Assembly (NCBI GenBank): GCA_035574915.1
Contig: DATLYJ010000078.1
Location: 6,460 to 70,459, forward strand
DNA length: 64,000 nucleotides
Direction: 5' to 3'
Source of the DNA: Dehalococcoidia bacterium
Lineage (GTDB): Bacteria; Chloroflexota; Dehalococcoidia; DSTF01; WHTK01
The position numbers and the translations under genes are program-made. Below the pieces are notes generated by a model. That model searched no databases, was not told the DNA's origin, and saw nothing but the letters and a program-made list of their open reading frames with translations. Below are positions 28,316-37,743 of this stretch, one piece after another (position 1 is the stretch's first letter; each line of letters begins with the position of its first letter).

Positions 28316-28516
28316 CCTCCCAGGCGAAGTGGCGATGGCCGAGCCAGCGCAATCCGCGCGCGCTCGTGACGGGCGGCAACCCAAGCCAAGCCACGTCTCC
28401 GGCGTTCTCGCACCACGGAGGTAGAAGGCCAGCTTCGCTTCTGGCAGGTGTCTACGCCGACCCCATGGCGCTCCTGACCTGTGGCCCCTTCAGTCGATAA
28501 TCGAATAAGAGAACGG

Positions 28517-29326
28517 ATGTACAGCAAGCCAGCACCTCACCTCGGGGGCCTCTTGCTCCTGGCCGTCTTGCTCTCGCTCGCGTGCGAGGGCACGAGTCCC
28601 GTTAGGACTTCATCGGACACTGGAACGCCTGCCGCTACCTCACCCGCACCGCCAGCGGTTGCGCCGGCACCGACGGCAACGACGACGCCCGGCCGGCAGC
28701 CCGCGCGCGTCCTCAGGGTCGTGGACGGCGACACGATCGACGTGCAGCTCGACGGCGCGACCGTGCGCGTGCGCTACATCGGCATTGACGCGCCCGAGAC
28801 GGTCGACCCCAGACGGCCGGTGGGCTGCTTCGGGGCGGAGGCATCGGCCCGCAACCGGGCGCTGGTCGAGGGCAGGCAGGTCGAGCTGGAGAAGGACGTG
28901 AGCGAGGCGGACAGCTTCGGCAGGCTGCTGCGCTACGTCTACGTCGACGGGGCCATGGTCAACGAGACGCTAGTGCGGGAAGGCTACGCCCAGGTCGCCA
29001 CCTTCCCGCCGGACGTGAAGTACGTGGACCGCTTCCTGGCGGCGCAGAGGGAGGCGCGGGAGGCGAACCGTGGCCTCTGGGGCGCCTGCGTGGCGGCCAC
29101 ACCCACCCTGGCGCCCGGCGGCAGCGCTTGCCCCCAGGGCTGTGCGGTGCCGCCGCGCGGCTGCGTCATCAAGGGCAACATCAGCCAGGGCACGGGCGAA
29201 AAGATCTACCACGTGCCCGGCGGCGAGTTCTACGACCAGACGGTCATCGACCCGGCCCGCGGCGAGCGCTGGTTCTGCACCGAGGCCGAGGCCGTTGCCA
29301 ATGGCTGGCGCAAGAGCCTGCGGTAG
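28517..29326 (+). CDS. thermonuclease (SNase-like) lipoprotein with C-terminal Cys-rich GNIS...GEKIYHVPG domain
   Basis: Signal and lipobox LLSLAC; SNase core (VVDGDTIDV...RYIGIDAPE...GRLLRYVYVDG); C-terminal KGNISQGTGEKIYHVPGGEFYDQT...WFCTEAEAVANGWR. Confidence 0.8.
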   Translation: MYSKPAPHLGGLLLLAVLLSLACEGTSPVRTSSDTGTPAATSPAPPAVAPAPTATTTPGRQPARVLRVVDGDTIDVQLDGATVRVRYIGIDAPETVDPRRPVGCFGAEASARNRALVEGRQVELEKDVSEADSFGRLLRYVYVDGAMVNETLVREGYAQVATFPPDVKYVDRFLAAQREAREANRGLWGACVAATPTLAPGGSACPQGCAVPPRGCVIKGNISQGTGEKIYHVPGGEFYDQTVIDPARGERWFCTEAEAVANGWRKSLR

Positions 29327-29329
29327 CGT

Positions 29330-30934
29330 TCAGCTTCCCTGCCACCAGGCGAAGTAGCGATCCCAGGGGATGTACCCATAGAAGCCAAACCAGAGCGCCG
29401 GGTCTTGAGCGGAGCGCGGCCACGAGAGGTCCGTGACTTTGACGGGAGTGCCGTCAGTGACGGGCAGCAGCCAGAGCGAAGCCACGTCCTCGGCGTTGTC
29501 GATGCGGGCGAAGAGCAGGCAGGAGCCATCGCGCGACCACAGGGGCCGCTCGTCGCGGTAGGCCGGGTCGTCCGTCAGCTGCCGCTTGTTGGCCCCGTCT
29601 GCGTCCATGACCCAGATGCGCCGCTGGCCCGCACCCTGCCTCGCGTCGTCGCCACCGCCGACTGGCCCTATGTCAGGCCCCGCGACGTAGGCCACCTGGC
29701 GCCCATCCGGTGACCACTCGGGCGAGAAGGCAGCGGTGTCGGTGCCCGTGAGAAAGGTCACAGCTCCGCTGGCCGTATCGACGACAGCGATGCGTTTGCG
29801 GGTCCATGTCTCGCGGCCAAACCCCTCTGTGAGGGCGAGTGCAGTCCTGGAGGCGAACTGACCTATCAGTTCGTCGCGGGTCAACGCCACGACGCCGAGC
29901 CTGCGTGGCGCACCACCGCCGACAGAAATGGCGTAAAGGGGCAGGCCATCAGCCGCGATGGACGCAGAGAACTGAGGATTCAATGAAGAGAGGATCGACG
30001 ACCCGTCCGGCGTCCAGCGGAGCACCCCGACCTGCCCGCTCTCGGGCCCGGCATAGGCATCGTTCGCGTACAGCAGCTGCGCATTCGTCCCGTCGGCGTT
30101 CGCCACCCACAGGCTCGATAGGCGGCTATACGGCTCCTGTGAGCGGTTCAACGGTCCGTCAGCCGCGTACGCCAGCTTGGCGCCGTCCGGGCTCCAGTAG
30201 GGGCCTCGGATCGTCGTGCCAGCGGCAGCGCCAGGGAGCAAGGCCCGGATGCTGATGGTGCGAAGCAAGGCGCCGGTCGGCGCCTCAAGCCTGAAGCCGC
30301 CGGCGGGGTCGACGCAGGCGAGCTCGTCGGCGACCGGCGACCAGGCGACGCAGCCCGGTGCGGCGCGCCGGCGGCCGCCGTCCGCTCTGACCACGGTTTC
30401 GCCAGCGAGTAGCCACTCCCCGGACGGCGACCAGCGCGGGTAGGACATCTGCCCGTTGGTCGTGAGACGCACGGGCCTTCCGCCCGGGAGAGACATGACC
30501 CAAAGGTCGCCGTTCCGGATATAGGCGAGCTTGCCGAGACTGCCAGGTTCGCCGGTCGGGCCTGACTCCTGTGGGCCAAGGTCCAGGAGCAGCGCCAGGG
30601 CGAGCAAGAGTGCCGCGCCAACTACAACCAGGGCGCCAGCACCGGCCGCCACCTTCGCCGCCGCGCCGGGCGTTGCCTTCCTGAAGAGCAGAGTCAAGGG
30701 CGCCAGCGCGCCGAGTCGACGAGCCTCTCGCTCTGGCGTCCAGGCGGCGGCTTGTTCCCGGCTCGAAACGCCGAGCTTCGTGATGATCTCTGACACGTGG
30801 TACTTGGCGCCGTCGAGCGTGAGGCCGAGGCGGCGGGCAATCTGCTCATTGGTCAGCCCCTGCCGCAGCAACTCCAGCACTTGCCACTGACGCGGCGTGA
30901 GGATGTCAGGGTGTCTTGGGCGCCCGCGTCTCAT
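29330..30934 (-). CDS. membrane-anchored LuxR-family HTH regulator with PD40/TolB-like beta-propeller domain (paralogue of 7452..8834)
   Basis: N-terminal HTH (LTPRQWQVLELLRQGLTNEQIARRLGLTLDGAKYHVSEI); TM (ALVVVGAALLLALALLL); PD40 repeats (PRWSPSGEWLL, YWSPDGAKLAY, RWTPDGSSIL, EWSPDGRQVAY). Confidence 0.7.
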   Translation of the reverse strand: MRRGRPRHPDILTPRQWQVLELLRQGLTNEQIARRLGLTLDGAKYHVSEIITKLGVSSREQAAAWTPEREARRLGALAPLTLLFRKATPGAAAKVAAGAGALVVVGAALLLALALLLDLGPQESGPTGEPGSLGKLAYIRNGDLWVMSLPGGRPVRLTTNGQMSYPRWSPSGEWLLAGETVVRADGGRRRAAPGCVAWSPVADELACVDPAGGFRLEAPTGALLRTISIRALLPGAAAGTTIRGPYWSPDGAKLAYAADGPLNRSQEPYSRLSSLWVANADGTNAQLLYANDAYAGPESGQVGVLRWTPDGSSILSSLNPQFSASIAADGLPLYAISVGGGAPRRLGVVALTRDELIGQFASRTALALTEGFGRETWTRKRIAVVDTASGAVTFLTGTDTAAFSPEWSPDGRQVAYVAGPDIGPVGGGDDARQGAGQRRIWVMDADGANKRQLTDDPAYRDERPLWSRDGSCLLFARIDNAEDVASLWLLPVTDGTPVKVTDLSWPRSAQDPALWFGFYGYIPWDRYFAWWQGS

Positions 30935-31043
30935 CGCGGATCAATGTACCCGCGTGGGCTGCGAATTACTCTACCCGGACTGGCTTACCACCTCCTGGTG
31001 CTAGGCAGGATCGCCGCGAGAGTGGCTGCCGGCGGCCTGCCGG

Positions 31044-31586
31044 CTACGGCGCCGGCGCCTCCGCCGCAGATCGGGCCCGGACGCCGATGGTGCGGGCGTC
31101 GCGCCACCACTCACCCTCTGCGATTACCTCCGGCCGCTGCTGCCGAGAGGCGAGGTCGCTCAGCGGCGTCCCTGTCTGGGGGTGAATCAACCGCGGGTCG
31201 AGGTCGAGGAGCGGGAAGAGCACGAACGCCCGCTCGCCGAGCCGCGGGTGCGGCACCGTCAGCGCCTCGCTCTCGAGCACTAGGTCGCCGTAGAGGGCGA
31301 TGTCGATGTCTATGGGCCGAGGGGCCCAGCGTGGAGCGGGGCGCCGGCCGATCATGTGCTCGACCCGCTTGGCGTGCGCCAGCAGGAGGTCCGCGCCCAG
31401 GCCGGTGACGACGCGGCAGGCAGCGTTGTAAAAGTCCGGCTGGTCGGAGCCGTCAGCCGGCGGCGATTGGTACAGCCGCGACACCGCCTCGACCCGCACG
31501 AGTGGACCCAGCATTCGCAGCGCCAGCGCGATGTTAGCCGCGCGGTTGCCGAGGTTGGAGCCGAGGGACAGGTAGATGCCGGCCAT
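31044..31586 (-). CDS. folK: 2-amino-4-hydroxy-6-hydroxymethyldihydropteridine pyrophosphokinase
   Basis: MAGIYLSLGSNLG...ALYGDLV...PHPRLGERAFVLFPL is the HPPK signature. Confidence 0.85.
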   Translation of the reverse strand: MAGIYLSLGSNLGNRAANIALALRMLGPLVRVEAVSRLYQSPPADGSDQPDFYNAACRVVTGLGADLLLAHAKRVEHMIGRRPAPRWAPRPIDIDIALYGDLVLESEALTVPHPRLGERAFVLFPLLDLDPRLIHPQTGTPLSDLASRQQRPEVIAEGEWWRDARTIGVRARSAAEAPAP

Positions 31587-31655
31587 GGTGCAGAGTGCAG
31601 AGTAACCATCGCGGCGTGCAGGCGGAAGCCGCCCTCGTCCGTGCGCCATGCGCGC

Positions 31656-32489
31656 CTACGCCCGCCAGCCTCGGACGATGGCGTCGGCCATGCGCGCGAC
31701 CTCCACCATCTCGGCGACATCGTGGACGCGCACGATGTCGGCGCCGTTGGCGATGGCAAGGGCAACGGTGGCTGCGGTCCCAAACAGGCGTCCCTCGACA
31801 GGCTTGTCGAGCACCGCGCCGATGGTGGACTTGCGGGACGTGCCCACGAGCAGGGGCAGACCGAGGTCGCGCAGCTCACCCAGACGCCGTAGCATCTCCA
31901 GGTTCTGTTCCGGACTCCAGCCGAAGCCGAACCCGGGGTCGGCGATCAATTTCTCGCGCGCCAACCCCGAACGCCCGGCGATGTGCAGGCTCTCCTTTAG
32001 CCCGCGGCGGATGTCACCGATCACGTCCTCGAACTCCCGCCCGCGCTGGTTATGCATCACCACCGCCGGCACCCCGCGCTGGGCGGCGAGCACTGCCAGC
32101 GCCGGGTCGTGGCGAAAACCCCAGATGTCGTTGAGCAGCGAGGCGCCGGCGTCGAGCGCCGCCTCCGCGACCTCGCGCCGGTAGGTGTCGATGCTGACAG
32201 GCAGGCCGACGCGCTTCACGATGCGCTCGATCGCCGGCACGACGCGCCGGATCTCCTGGGCGGCGCTGATCTCCTCGAACCCCGGGCGGGTGGACTGGCC
32301 GCCTACGTCCAGCAAGTCCGCCCCCTCTTCCGCGAAGCGCTCCGCCTGGCGCAGCGCATCCTCGGCGCGCGCCAGGCCATCGCCGGAAAAAGACTCGGGC
32401 GAGACGTTGATTATGCCCATGACGTACGTCCGCGCACCCCACACGAAGGTGCGGCCGCCAATCTCCAGGCTCCGGGGCGCGTCTGAGGT
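31656..32489 (-). CDS. folP: dihydropteroate synthase
   Basis: YVMGIINVSPESFSGDG...DVGGQSTRPG...SIDTY...LLNDIWG. The tracker's 380-aa ORF has about 100 aa of upstream Arg/Pro-rich junk; start assigned at MTSDAPRSL. Confidence 0.85.
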   Translation of the reverse strand, partial: TSDAPRSLEIGGRTFVWGARTYVMGIINVSPESFSGDGLARAEDALRQAERFAEEGADLLDVGGQSTRPGFEEISAAQEIRRVVPAIERIVKRVGLPVSIDTYRREVAEAALDAGASLLNDIWGFRHDPALAVLAAQRGVPAVVMHNQRGREFEDVIGDIRRGLKESLHIAGRSGLAREKLIADPGFGFGWSPEQNLEMLRRLGELRDLGLPLLVGTSRKSTIGAVLDKPVEGRLFGTAATVALAIANGADIVRVHDVAEMVEVARMADAIVRGWRA

Positions 32490-32539
32490 CATGGAAACAG
32501 GATAGAGAACAGGGAGCACTTCTCCGCTATCCTCAGGCC

Positions 32540-33532
32540 ATGGTCTTCGAACGAATGCCGGCCGACCCCGCCTTCGCGGGCATACCGACCTTCCTGAAGT
32601 TGCCACACGTGGCCAGCGCCGAGCAGCTCGCGGCGGAGAGGCCGGATGTCGTGGTCGTCGGTGCGCCCTTCGATATGGCAGTCGTGAACCGGCCAGGCGC
32701 CAGGTACGGGCCACGAGCGATCCGCCAGGCGTCAAACCTGGGCCGGGCCGTCTACCACCTCGAGCTCGAGGTGCAGCCGACTCGCGTCCTGCGTGCATTC
32801 GACTACGGCGATGCCGCCATCGTGCCTTCGAGCATAGAGCGCTCGCACGAGGCGATCCGTCAGAAGGTCGCGGAGGTGGCCGCGCTTGGCGCCGTGCCTG
32901 TCGTCCTCGGCGGCGACCACTCGATCACGCTGCCGGCCGCGACGGCCGTCGCGGACGCGGTCGGACGCGGGAAAGTCGGCATCGTCCACTTCGACGCCCA
33001 CGCTGACACGGCGAACGACAGTTGGGGCGTCCTGCTCGCCCACGGCACGCCGATGCGGCGGCTGATCGAGAGCGGCGCGGTGCCCGGGCCGAATTTCGTG
33101 CAGGTGGGCCTGCGCGGCTACTGGCCGCCGCCAGACGTGTTCGAGTGGATGCGGGCCCAGGGCATGCGCTGGCACTTCATGCACGAGATCGAAGCCCGCG
33201 GCTTCGACACCGTCCTCCAGGAGGCGATCGAACAGGCGCTGGACGGCCCGGAGGCGATCTACCTCTCGCTTGACATCGACGTCCTCGACCCCGCCTTCGC
33301 GCCGGGCACCGGCACGCCCGAGCCGGGCGGCCTGACGTCGGTGCAGCTGCTGCGCGCGGTGCGCCGGATCGTGGAGCGCGTGCGGCTGGTGGGCATGGAC
33401 GTGGTCGAGGTCGCGCCGGCATACGACGGGCCCGGACAGATTACGGCCGAGGTGGCGCACCGGCTGGTGCTGGAGGCGCTCAGCGCCCTGGCCAGGAAGG
33501 CTTCCCCGAAGCCGAGCGACGCGAGCCCGTAG
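32540..33532 (+). CDS. speB: agmatinase / arginase-family ureohydrolase (second paralogue)
   Basis: GGDHSIT, DAHADT and SLDIDVLDP motifs; 330 aa. Confidence 0.85.
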   Translation: MVFERMPADPAFAGIPTFLKLPHVASAEQLAAERPDVVVVGAPFDMAVVNRPGARYGPRAIRQASNLGRAVYHLELEVQPTRVLRAFDYGDAAIVPSSIERSHEAIRQKVAEVAALGAVPVVLGGDHSITLPAATAVADAVGRGKVGIVHFDAHADTANDSWGVLLAHGTPMRRLIESGAVPGPNFVQVGLRGYWPPPDVFEWMRAQGMRWHFMHEIEARGFDTVLQEAIEQALDGPEAIYLSLDIDVLDPAFAPGTGTPEPGGLTSVQLLRAVRRIVERVRLVGMDVVEVAPAYDGPGQITAEVAHRLVLEALSALARKASPKPSDASP

Positions 33533-33645
33533 GGTCGCGAAAGTCTGCTGACGCCCGCTGTCAGTGGACCCCTCTCCCCCGCTATCGGTGCCAGAATATA
33601 TGTGCTAGCCTGGGCCTCCCGCTAAAGAAGCAAAGGAGGTTCGAG

Positions 33646-34071
33646 ATGGTAAGGGCAAAACCGGACAACTATCACACGCTAACGCCCTTCTTCCAGCTAA
33701 GGGGCGCCGACAGGTTCCTCGACTTCGTGAAGGACAGCTTCGGCGCCGAAGTCACGGAGCTCGTGCGCGCGCCGGACGGCTCCGTAATGCACGCCGAGTT
33801 CCGCATCGGCGATTCCATGGCCATGCTGGGTGAAGGCGACCCGAAGCCCCTGGCCCTGTACGTCTACATCGACGATGTGGACGGCGTGTACCAGAAGGCG
33901 CTGGCCGCCGGCGGCAGGTCGTCCCAGGAGCCGCGGGACCAGTTCTGGGGCGACCGCCAGGCAGCGGTGCTCGACGCCTGGGACAACATGTGGTTCATCG
34001 CGACTCACACGGAGGACGTGTCGCCGGAGGAGCTACAGCGCCGCATGGCCGCCGCCGCGCCGGCCGGATAG
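33646..34071 (+). CDS. VOC-family (glyoxalase/bleomycin-resistance fold) protein
   Basis: 141 aa with PhnB-like composition (HAEFRIGDSMAMLGEG...). Confidence 0.65.
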   Translation: MVRAKPDNYHTLTPFFQLRGADRFLDFVKDSFGAEVTELVRAPDGSVMHAEFRIGDSMAMLGEGDPKPLALYVYIDDVDGVYQKALAAGGRSSQEPRDQFWGDRQAAVLDAWDNMWFIATHTEDVSPEELQRRMAAAAPAG

Positions 34072-34146
34072 GCCGCGGCAGGAGGACTCCGGCGGCGAGT
34101 GCGGGTGCTACACTGCGTAGCACCCGCACTTGTTTCGGGAGGACGC

Positions 34147-35100
34147 ATGCGCTACCGGATGCTCGGCCGCAGCCAGCTGATGACGTCGGAGGTCGGCTTC
34201 GGCGGCTGGGCGATCGGCGGCGGCTGGGGCCCGGTCGACGACGACACCTCCATCGCCGCGATACGCAAGGCAATCGACGCTGGCGTCAGCTTCATCGACA
34301 CGGCCGACGTTTACGGCGAGGGCCACGGCGAAGAAGTGATCGGCAAGGCCCTCGAGGGCAACGCCAGGCACCGCGCCGTCATCGCCACCAAGGCAGGCCT
34401 GAAGGCCCCTTCAGGCCACGACTTCAGCCCGGCGCACATCGAGAAGGCCCTGGAGGGGTCGCTGCGGCGCCTGGGCACCGACTGGGTCGATGTCCTGCAA
34501 CTGCACAACCCGACCCGGGCGGCGCTGGAGGACCCGGAGCTCTGGGAGACCCTGAAGCGCCTCAAAGCGGAGGGGAAGATCCGCGCCTATGGCGCCAGCG
34601 TCCGTTCGCCCCGCGAGGCCGTCCTTGCTATAGAGAACGGCGACGTGGACACCGTGCAGGTGGTCTTCAACGTGATCGACCAGGAGGCGCGCGAGCTCTT
34701 CGAGACGGCGCGCGCCCACAGGGTGGGCGTCATCGCTCGGGTGCCGCTCGCCTCCGGCTTCCTCACGGGGAAGTACTCCCACGACCACAAGTTCCACCGC
34801 ACCGACTGGCGCGCCCGCCTGGGGCCGGCCCGCCGCCGGCAGATGCTGCGCCGGGCCGAGGCGCTCGACCCTGTCGCCCGCGGCGTCGGGTCGAGCAAGG
34901 CGCAGGCGGCGCTGGCCTTCGTCCTCTCCTACCGCGACGTCGCCGTCACGATCCCTGGCGTGAAGACGCCGGAGCAAGCGGAAGAGAACGCCGCTTCGTC
35001 CGACGTCGCGCCGCTGCCGGCCGAACTCCTGCGCTACCTCGAGCAAGCTTACGAGGAGACCGAGGCGCCGACGCTCAGCGCCGCGGCAAGCGAGGCCTAG
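34147..35100 (+). CDS. aldo/keto reductase
   Basis: MRYRMLGRSQLMTSEVGFGGWAIGG...IDTADVYG...LHNP motifs. Confidence 0.85.
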   Translation: MRYRMLGRSQLMTSEVGFGGWAIGGGWGPVDDDTSIAAIRKAIDAGVSFIDTADVYGEGHGEEVIGKALEGNARHRAVIATKAGLKAPSGHDFSPAHIEKALEGSLRRLGTDWVDVLQLHNPTRAALEDPELWETLKRLKAEGKIRAYGASVRSPREAVLAIENGDVDTVQVVFNVIDQEARELFETARAHRVGVIARVPLASGFLTGKYSHDHKFHRTDWRARLGPARRRQMLRRAEALDPVARGVGSSKAQAALAFVLSYRDVAVTIPGVKTPEQAEENAASSDVAPLPAELLRYLEQAYEETEAPTLSAAASEA

Positions 35101-35103
35101 CGG

Positions 35104-35219
35104 TGGCCGAGATCAGCCTCGCCATCCTCGTGTTCGGCGTCCTCCTCGTCGCTGACCCAGAGCGCCTCCAGCAACTGCTGGACCGCGTGCGCGACGTCAT
35201 CAACTGGCTGGCCGAATAG
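35104..35219 (+). CDS. small hydrophobic ORF (38 aa, GTG start)
   Basis: VAEISLAILVFGVLLVADPERLQQLLDRVRDVINWLAE: one TM plus an amphipathic tail. No strong RBS; low support. Confidence 0.25.
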
Positions 35220-35370
35220 CGCCGCCTTCGCCGGTCACCACTGCATGATTCGGCGCCCGATGGGCGCGGGGCGCCGCCCGTAGCGCGCCCAGCAGCGTGA
35301 CAAGCCCCCGTCGAGGGAGAAGTCGCGGGCGCGGGCTTGGAAATTTCCTGCAATTTTGCAGTCCAGCTAC

Positions 35371-35398
35371 TTGACAACGCGAACGCCTGTTCTAGACA
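35371..35398 (+). promoter_or_regulatory. sigma-70-like promoter TTGACA-N16-TAGACA in a local AT-rich patch, preceded by palindrome CTGCA-N4-TGCAG
   Basis: Read directly. About 40 nt upstream of the small zinc-ribbon ORF. Confidence 0.35.
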
Positions 35399-35440
35399 AT
35401 GGCGCCACGGTTAGAACATGTGTACTTAGGAGCAAGGGAC

Positions 35441-35566
35441 ATGGCACAGCGACGCCGCCTCATCTACCGCCCAAGCGGACCCCGTTGCCCTGACTGCGGC
35501 GGCCCCGTCGTCCACGGCGAGGGTTGCTTCCGCTGCCCGATCTGTGGATTCACGCGCTGTAGCTAG
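35441..35566 (+). CDS. small Cys4 zinc-ribbon protein (41 aa)
   Basis: MAQRRRLIYRPSGPRCPDCGGPVVHGEGCFRCPICGFTRCS; RBS AGGAGCAAGGG 6 nt upstream; two CxxC pairs. Not in the supplied ORF track (below its size cut-off). Confidence 0.4.
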   Translation: MAQRRRLIYRPSGPRCPDCGGPVVHGEGCFRCPICGFTRCS

Positions 35567-35609
35567 CCCCGCATCGGGGTGGACCTAGCCCACCCACCCC
35601 GCCCTCCGG

Positions 35610-35665
35610 AGCGGTGGCCTGCCGGACGCGCCAGCGTTTGACAGGCCACCGCTTTCGCTTATGAT
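35610..35665 (+). promoter_or_regulatory. 12-bp perfect hairpin (terminator candidate for the zinc-ribbon ORF) overlapping promoter TTGACA-N16-TATGAT for mtaB
   Basis: AGCGGTGGCCTG-(20 nt)-CAGGCCACCGCT followed by TTTCGCTT. TTGACA lies in the loop with TATGAT 16 nt downstream. Confidence 0.35.
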
Positions 35666-35731
35666 CCCTTCGGTGCGACCTTTCCATAACGCTCGCCAGC
35701 CCTCGCCCCTGGGTCGCGCCGGCAACCCACG

Positions 35732-37072
35732 ATGACCCACCCCGCCACCTTAGAGGAGCCCGTTACGCCGGCAGCCAGCGACGCCGCGGACCGAGAGCGG
35801 CCGACCGTCGCCATCCTGACGCTGGGCTGCAAGCTGAACCTGGCTGACTCCGAGAGCATGGCGCGCCGCATGCGGGACGCCGGCTGGTCCGTGACCGAGA
35901 AGGCCCGGGGGGCAGATGCCGTGGTGGTGAACACCTGCTCCGTTACCCACGTGGCGGACGCCAAGGCGCGGCACCTCGTCCGCCTGGCGCGCCGCGAAGC
36001 CGCGCCTGGCGCTGCTATTGCCGTGACGGGCTGCATGCTCGAGACCGCTAGCCCCGAGGCCATCGGCGCCCTCGGCGCGGACCTGGCCTTCCGGCAACCT
36101 CAGCAGGAGGCACTGACGGCGGCGCTCGTCGCGACGCGGTCACCGACTATCGTCACGCCGGCCCCCACGCGCCCCTTCCGCACCCGCGCCTTCGTCTCCG
36201 CCCAGGAAGGCTGCAATGACGTCTGTGCCTTCTGCATCGTGCCCAAGACGCGTGGTCGCGAACGGGCGAAGAGCGCGACGGAGGTCGTCGCCCAGGTGCT
36301 CGCGCGTGAAGCCGAAGGCGTCCAGGAGGTCGTGATCACGGGGACGCAGCTCGGAGCCTGGGGACGGGGCCGGGCGGCGGCCGCGGGAGAAGCGGATCGT
36401 GGCCTCTATCCATTGCTGAAGGCGCTTCTCGAAGGGACTCGCGTGCCGCGGATCCGTTTGTCCTCCGTGCAACCTCAGGACCTTTCGCCCGAGACCATCG
36501 ACCTCTGGCGGGACCCGCGCTTGTGCCGGCACTTCCACCTGGCGCTGCAGAGCGGCAGCGACGCCGTGTTGCGCCGGATGCGACGGCGCTACACGGCAGC
36601 GCAGTACCGCGCGGCCGTCGAGTCCCTCCGCGCGGCTATCCCCGGCGTTGCCATCACGACCGACGTGATCGCCGGCTTTCCGGGCGAGACCGATGCCGAG
36701 TTCGAAGAGACGTACGAGTTTTGCCGCGAACTGGCCTTCGCCGGCATACACGTGTTCCCCTACTCCCCGCGCCTTGGTACGGTCGCAGCGAAGATGACTG
36801 ACCAGGTGCCCGAACCCGTGAAGAAGGAGCGAGTGCGCCGGCTCTTAGCGCTGGGGGAGGAGATGGCGGTGGCCTTTCGGTCTGCCTACGCCGGCAGGAG
36901 GGTTGAGGTGCTCTGGGAGTCCTCCCGGGAGACGGAAGCCGGCCGCACCTGGGAGGGCCTTACGGACACCTATGTGCGCGTATTCGCCGCCTCCGAAGCT
37001 GATCTGGAGAACCGGATCACGCCTGTCATGGTCACGCGCGTGGTCGAGGGCGGGGTGGAGGGACAGCTGTGA
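35732..37072 (+). CDS. mtaB: radical-SAM methylthiotransferase, MiaB/RimO/MtaB family (MtaB-like)
   Basis: MTTase N-domain (TLGCKLN), radical-SAM CxxxCxxC (CNDVCAFC), TRAM-like C-terminus. Confidence 0.85.
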   Translation: MTHPATLEEPVTPAASDAADRERPTVAILTLGCKLNLADSESMARRMRDAGWSVTEKARGADAVVVNTCSVTHVADAKARHLVRLARREAAPGAAIAVTGCMLETASPEAIGALGADLAFRQPQQEALTAALVATRSPTIVTPAPTRPFRTRAFVSAQEGCNDVCAFCIVPKTRGRERAKSATEVVAQVLAREAEGVQEVVITGTQLGAWGRGRAAAAGEADRGLYPLLKALLEGTRVPRIRLSSVQPQDLSPETIDLWRDPRLCRHFHLALQSGSDAVLRRMRRRYTAAQYRAAVESLRAAIPGVAITTDVIAGFPGETDAEFEETYEFCRELAFAGIHVFPYSPRLGTVAAKMTDQVPEPVKKERVRRLLALGEEMAVAFRSAYAGRRVEVLWESSRETEAGRTWEGLTDTYVRVFAASEADLENRITPVMVTRVVEGGVEGQL

Positions 37073-37743
37073 ATCTCGTCAACCGCATCGTCGTCACGCT
37101 CCTGCTGCTCGCCCTGATTGCCGGCGCGGTCGCCGTCGTCGTCCTGGCCTGGGCAATGCCCGAGGACTCGATCGCGGGGCTGAGGGACGCCGTCGACTGG
37201 CTGGAAGAGAACAATGAAGACCTGCAGAAGGCGCTGCTCACGACTATCGCCTCCCTCGTTGCCCTCCTGGCCTTCACGGCGCTGGTGTTCGAGTTCGTGC
37301 CTTCGTCCGGCCCGGGCGTGAAGGTAACCGACGTCCAGGCCGGCGAGGCCATCCTGACCACCGCCGCCATCGGCCAGCGCATCGAGGAAGAGGTACGCGG
37401 AGTGGCGAACGTCTCCGACGTGCGCGCCGCCGTCAAGCCAAAGCGCAAGGGCGTCGAGCTTGCCCTCGAACTCCACGTGGACCCGCACGCCAATCTGGCG
37501 CAGGTGACGAATGAGTCCCTCGCCGCTGCCCGGCGCGTGCTGAACGACAGGCTGCACGTGGCGCTCCTGGACCCGCCCCGAGTCCGCCTTCACTACCGCG
37601 AGCTGAGACTGCAACGGCCGGACATGCGACCGGATGCAGCGCCTCCGCCGGCACCGCCGCCACCGGCCGAGGTAACGTCATCGCCGGGACCCGCCGTTGC
37701 GGCGCCAGATGGCTCCGGCGACCCGAGGCCCGATAGCGGATGA
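37069..37743 (+). CDS. hypothetical membrane protein (possibly Asp23/AmaP-type anchor protein)
   Basis: Two N-terminal TMs and a Pro-rich C-terminal tail; overlaps the mtaB stop. Confidence 0.4.
   Translation: MNLVNRIVVTLLLLALIAGAVAVVVLAWAMPEDSIAGLRDAVDWLEENNEDLQKALLTTIASLVALLAFTALVFEFVPSSGPGVKVTDVQAGEAILTTAAIGQRIEEEVRGVANVSDVRAAVKPKRKGVELALELHVDPHANLAQVTNESLAAARRVLNDRLHVALLDPPRVRLHYRELRLQRPDMRPDAAPPPAPPPPAEVTSSPGPAVAAPDGSGDPRPDSG

Noticed and set aside
33990-35219. 409-aa plus-strand ORF overlapping the aldo/keto reductase in another frame
   Set aside because: Arg/Gly/Pro-rich junk frame; the AKR frame has clear family motifs.
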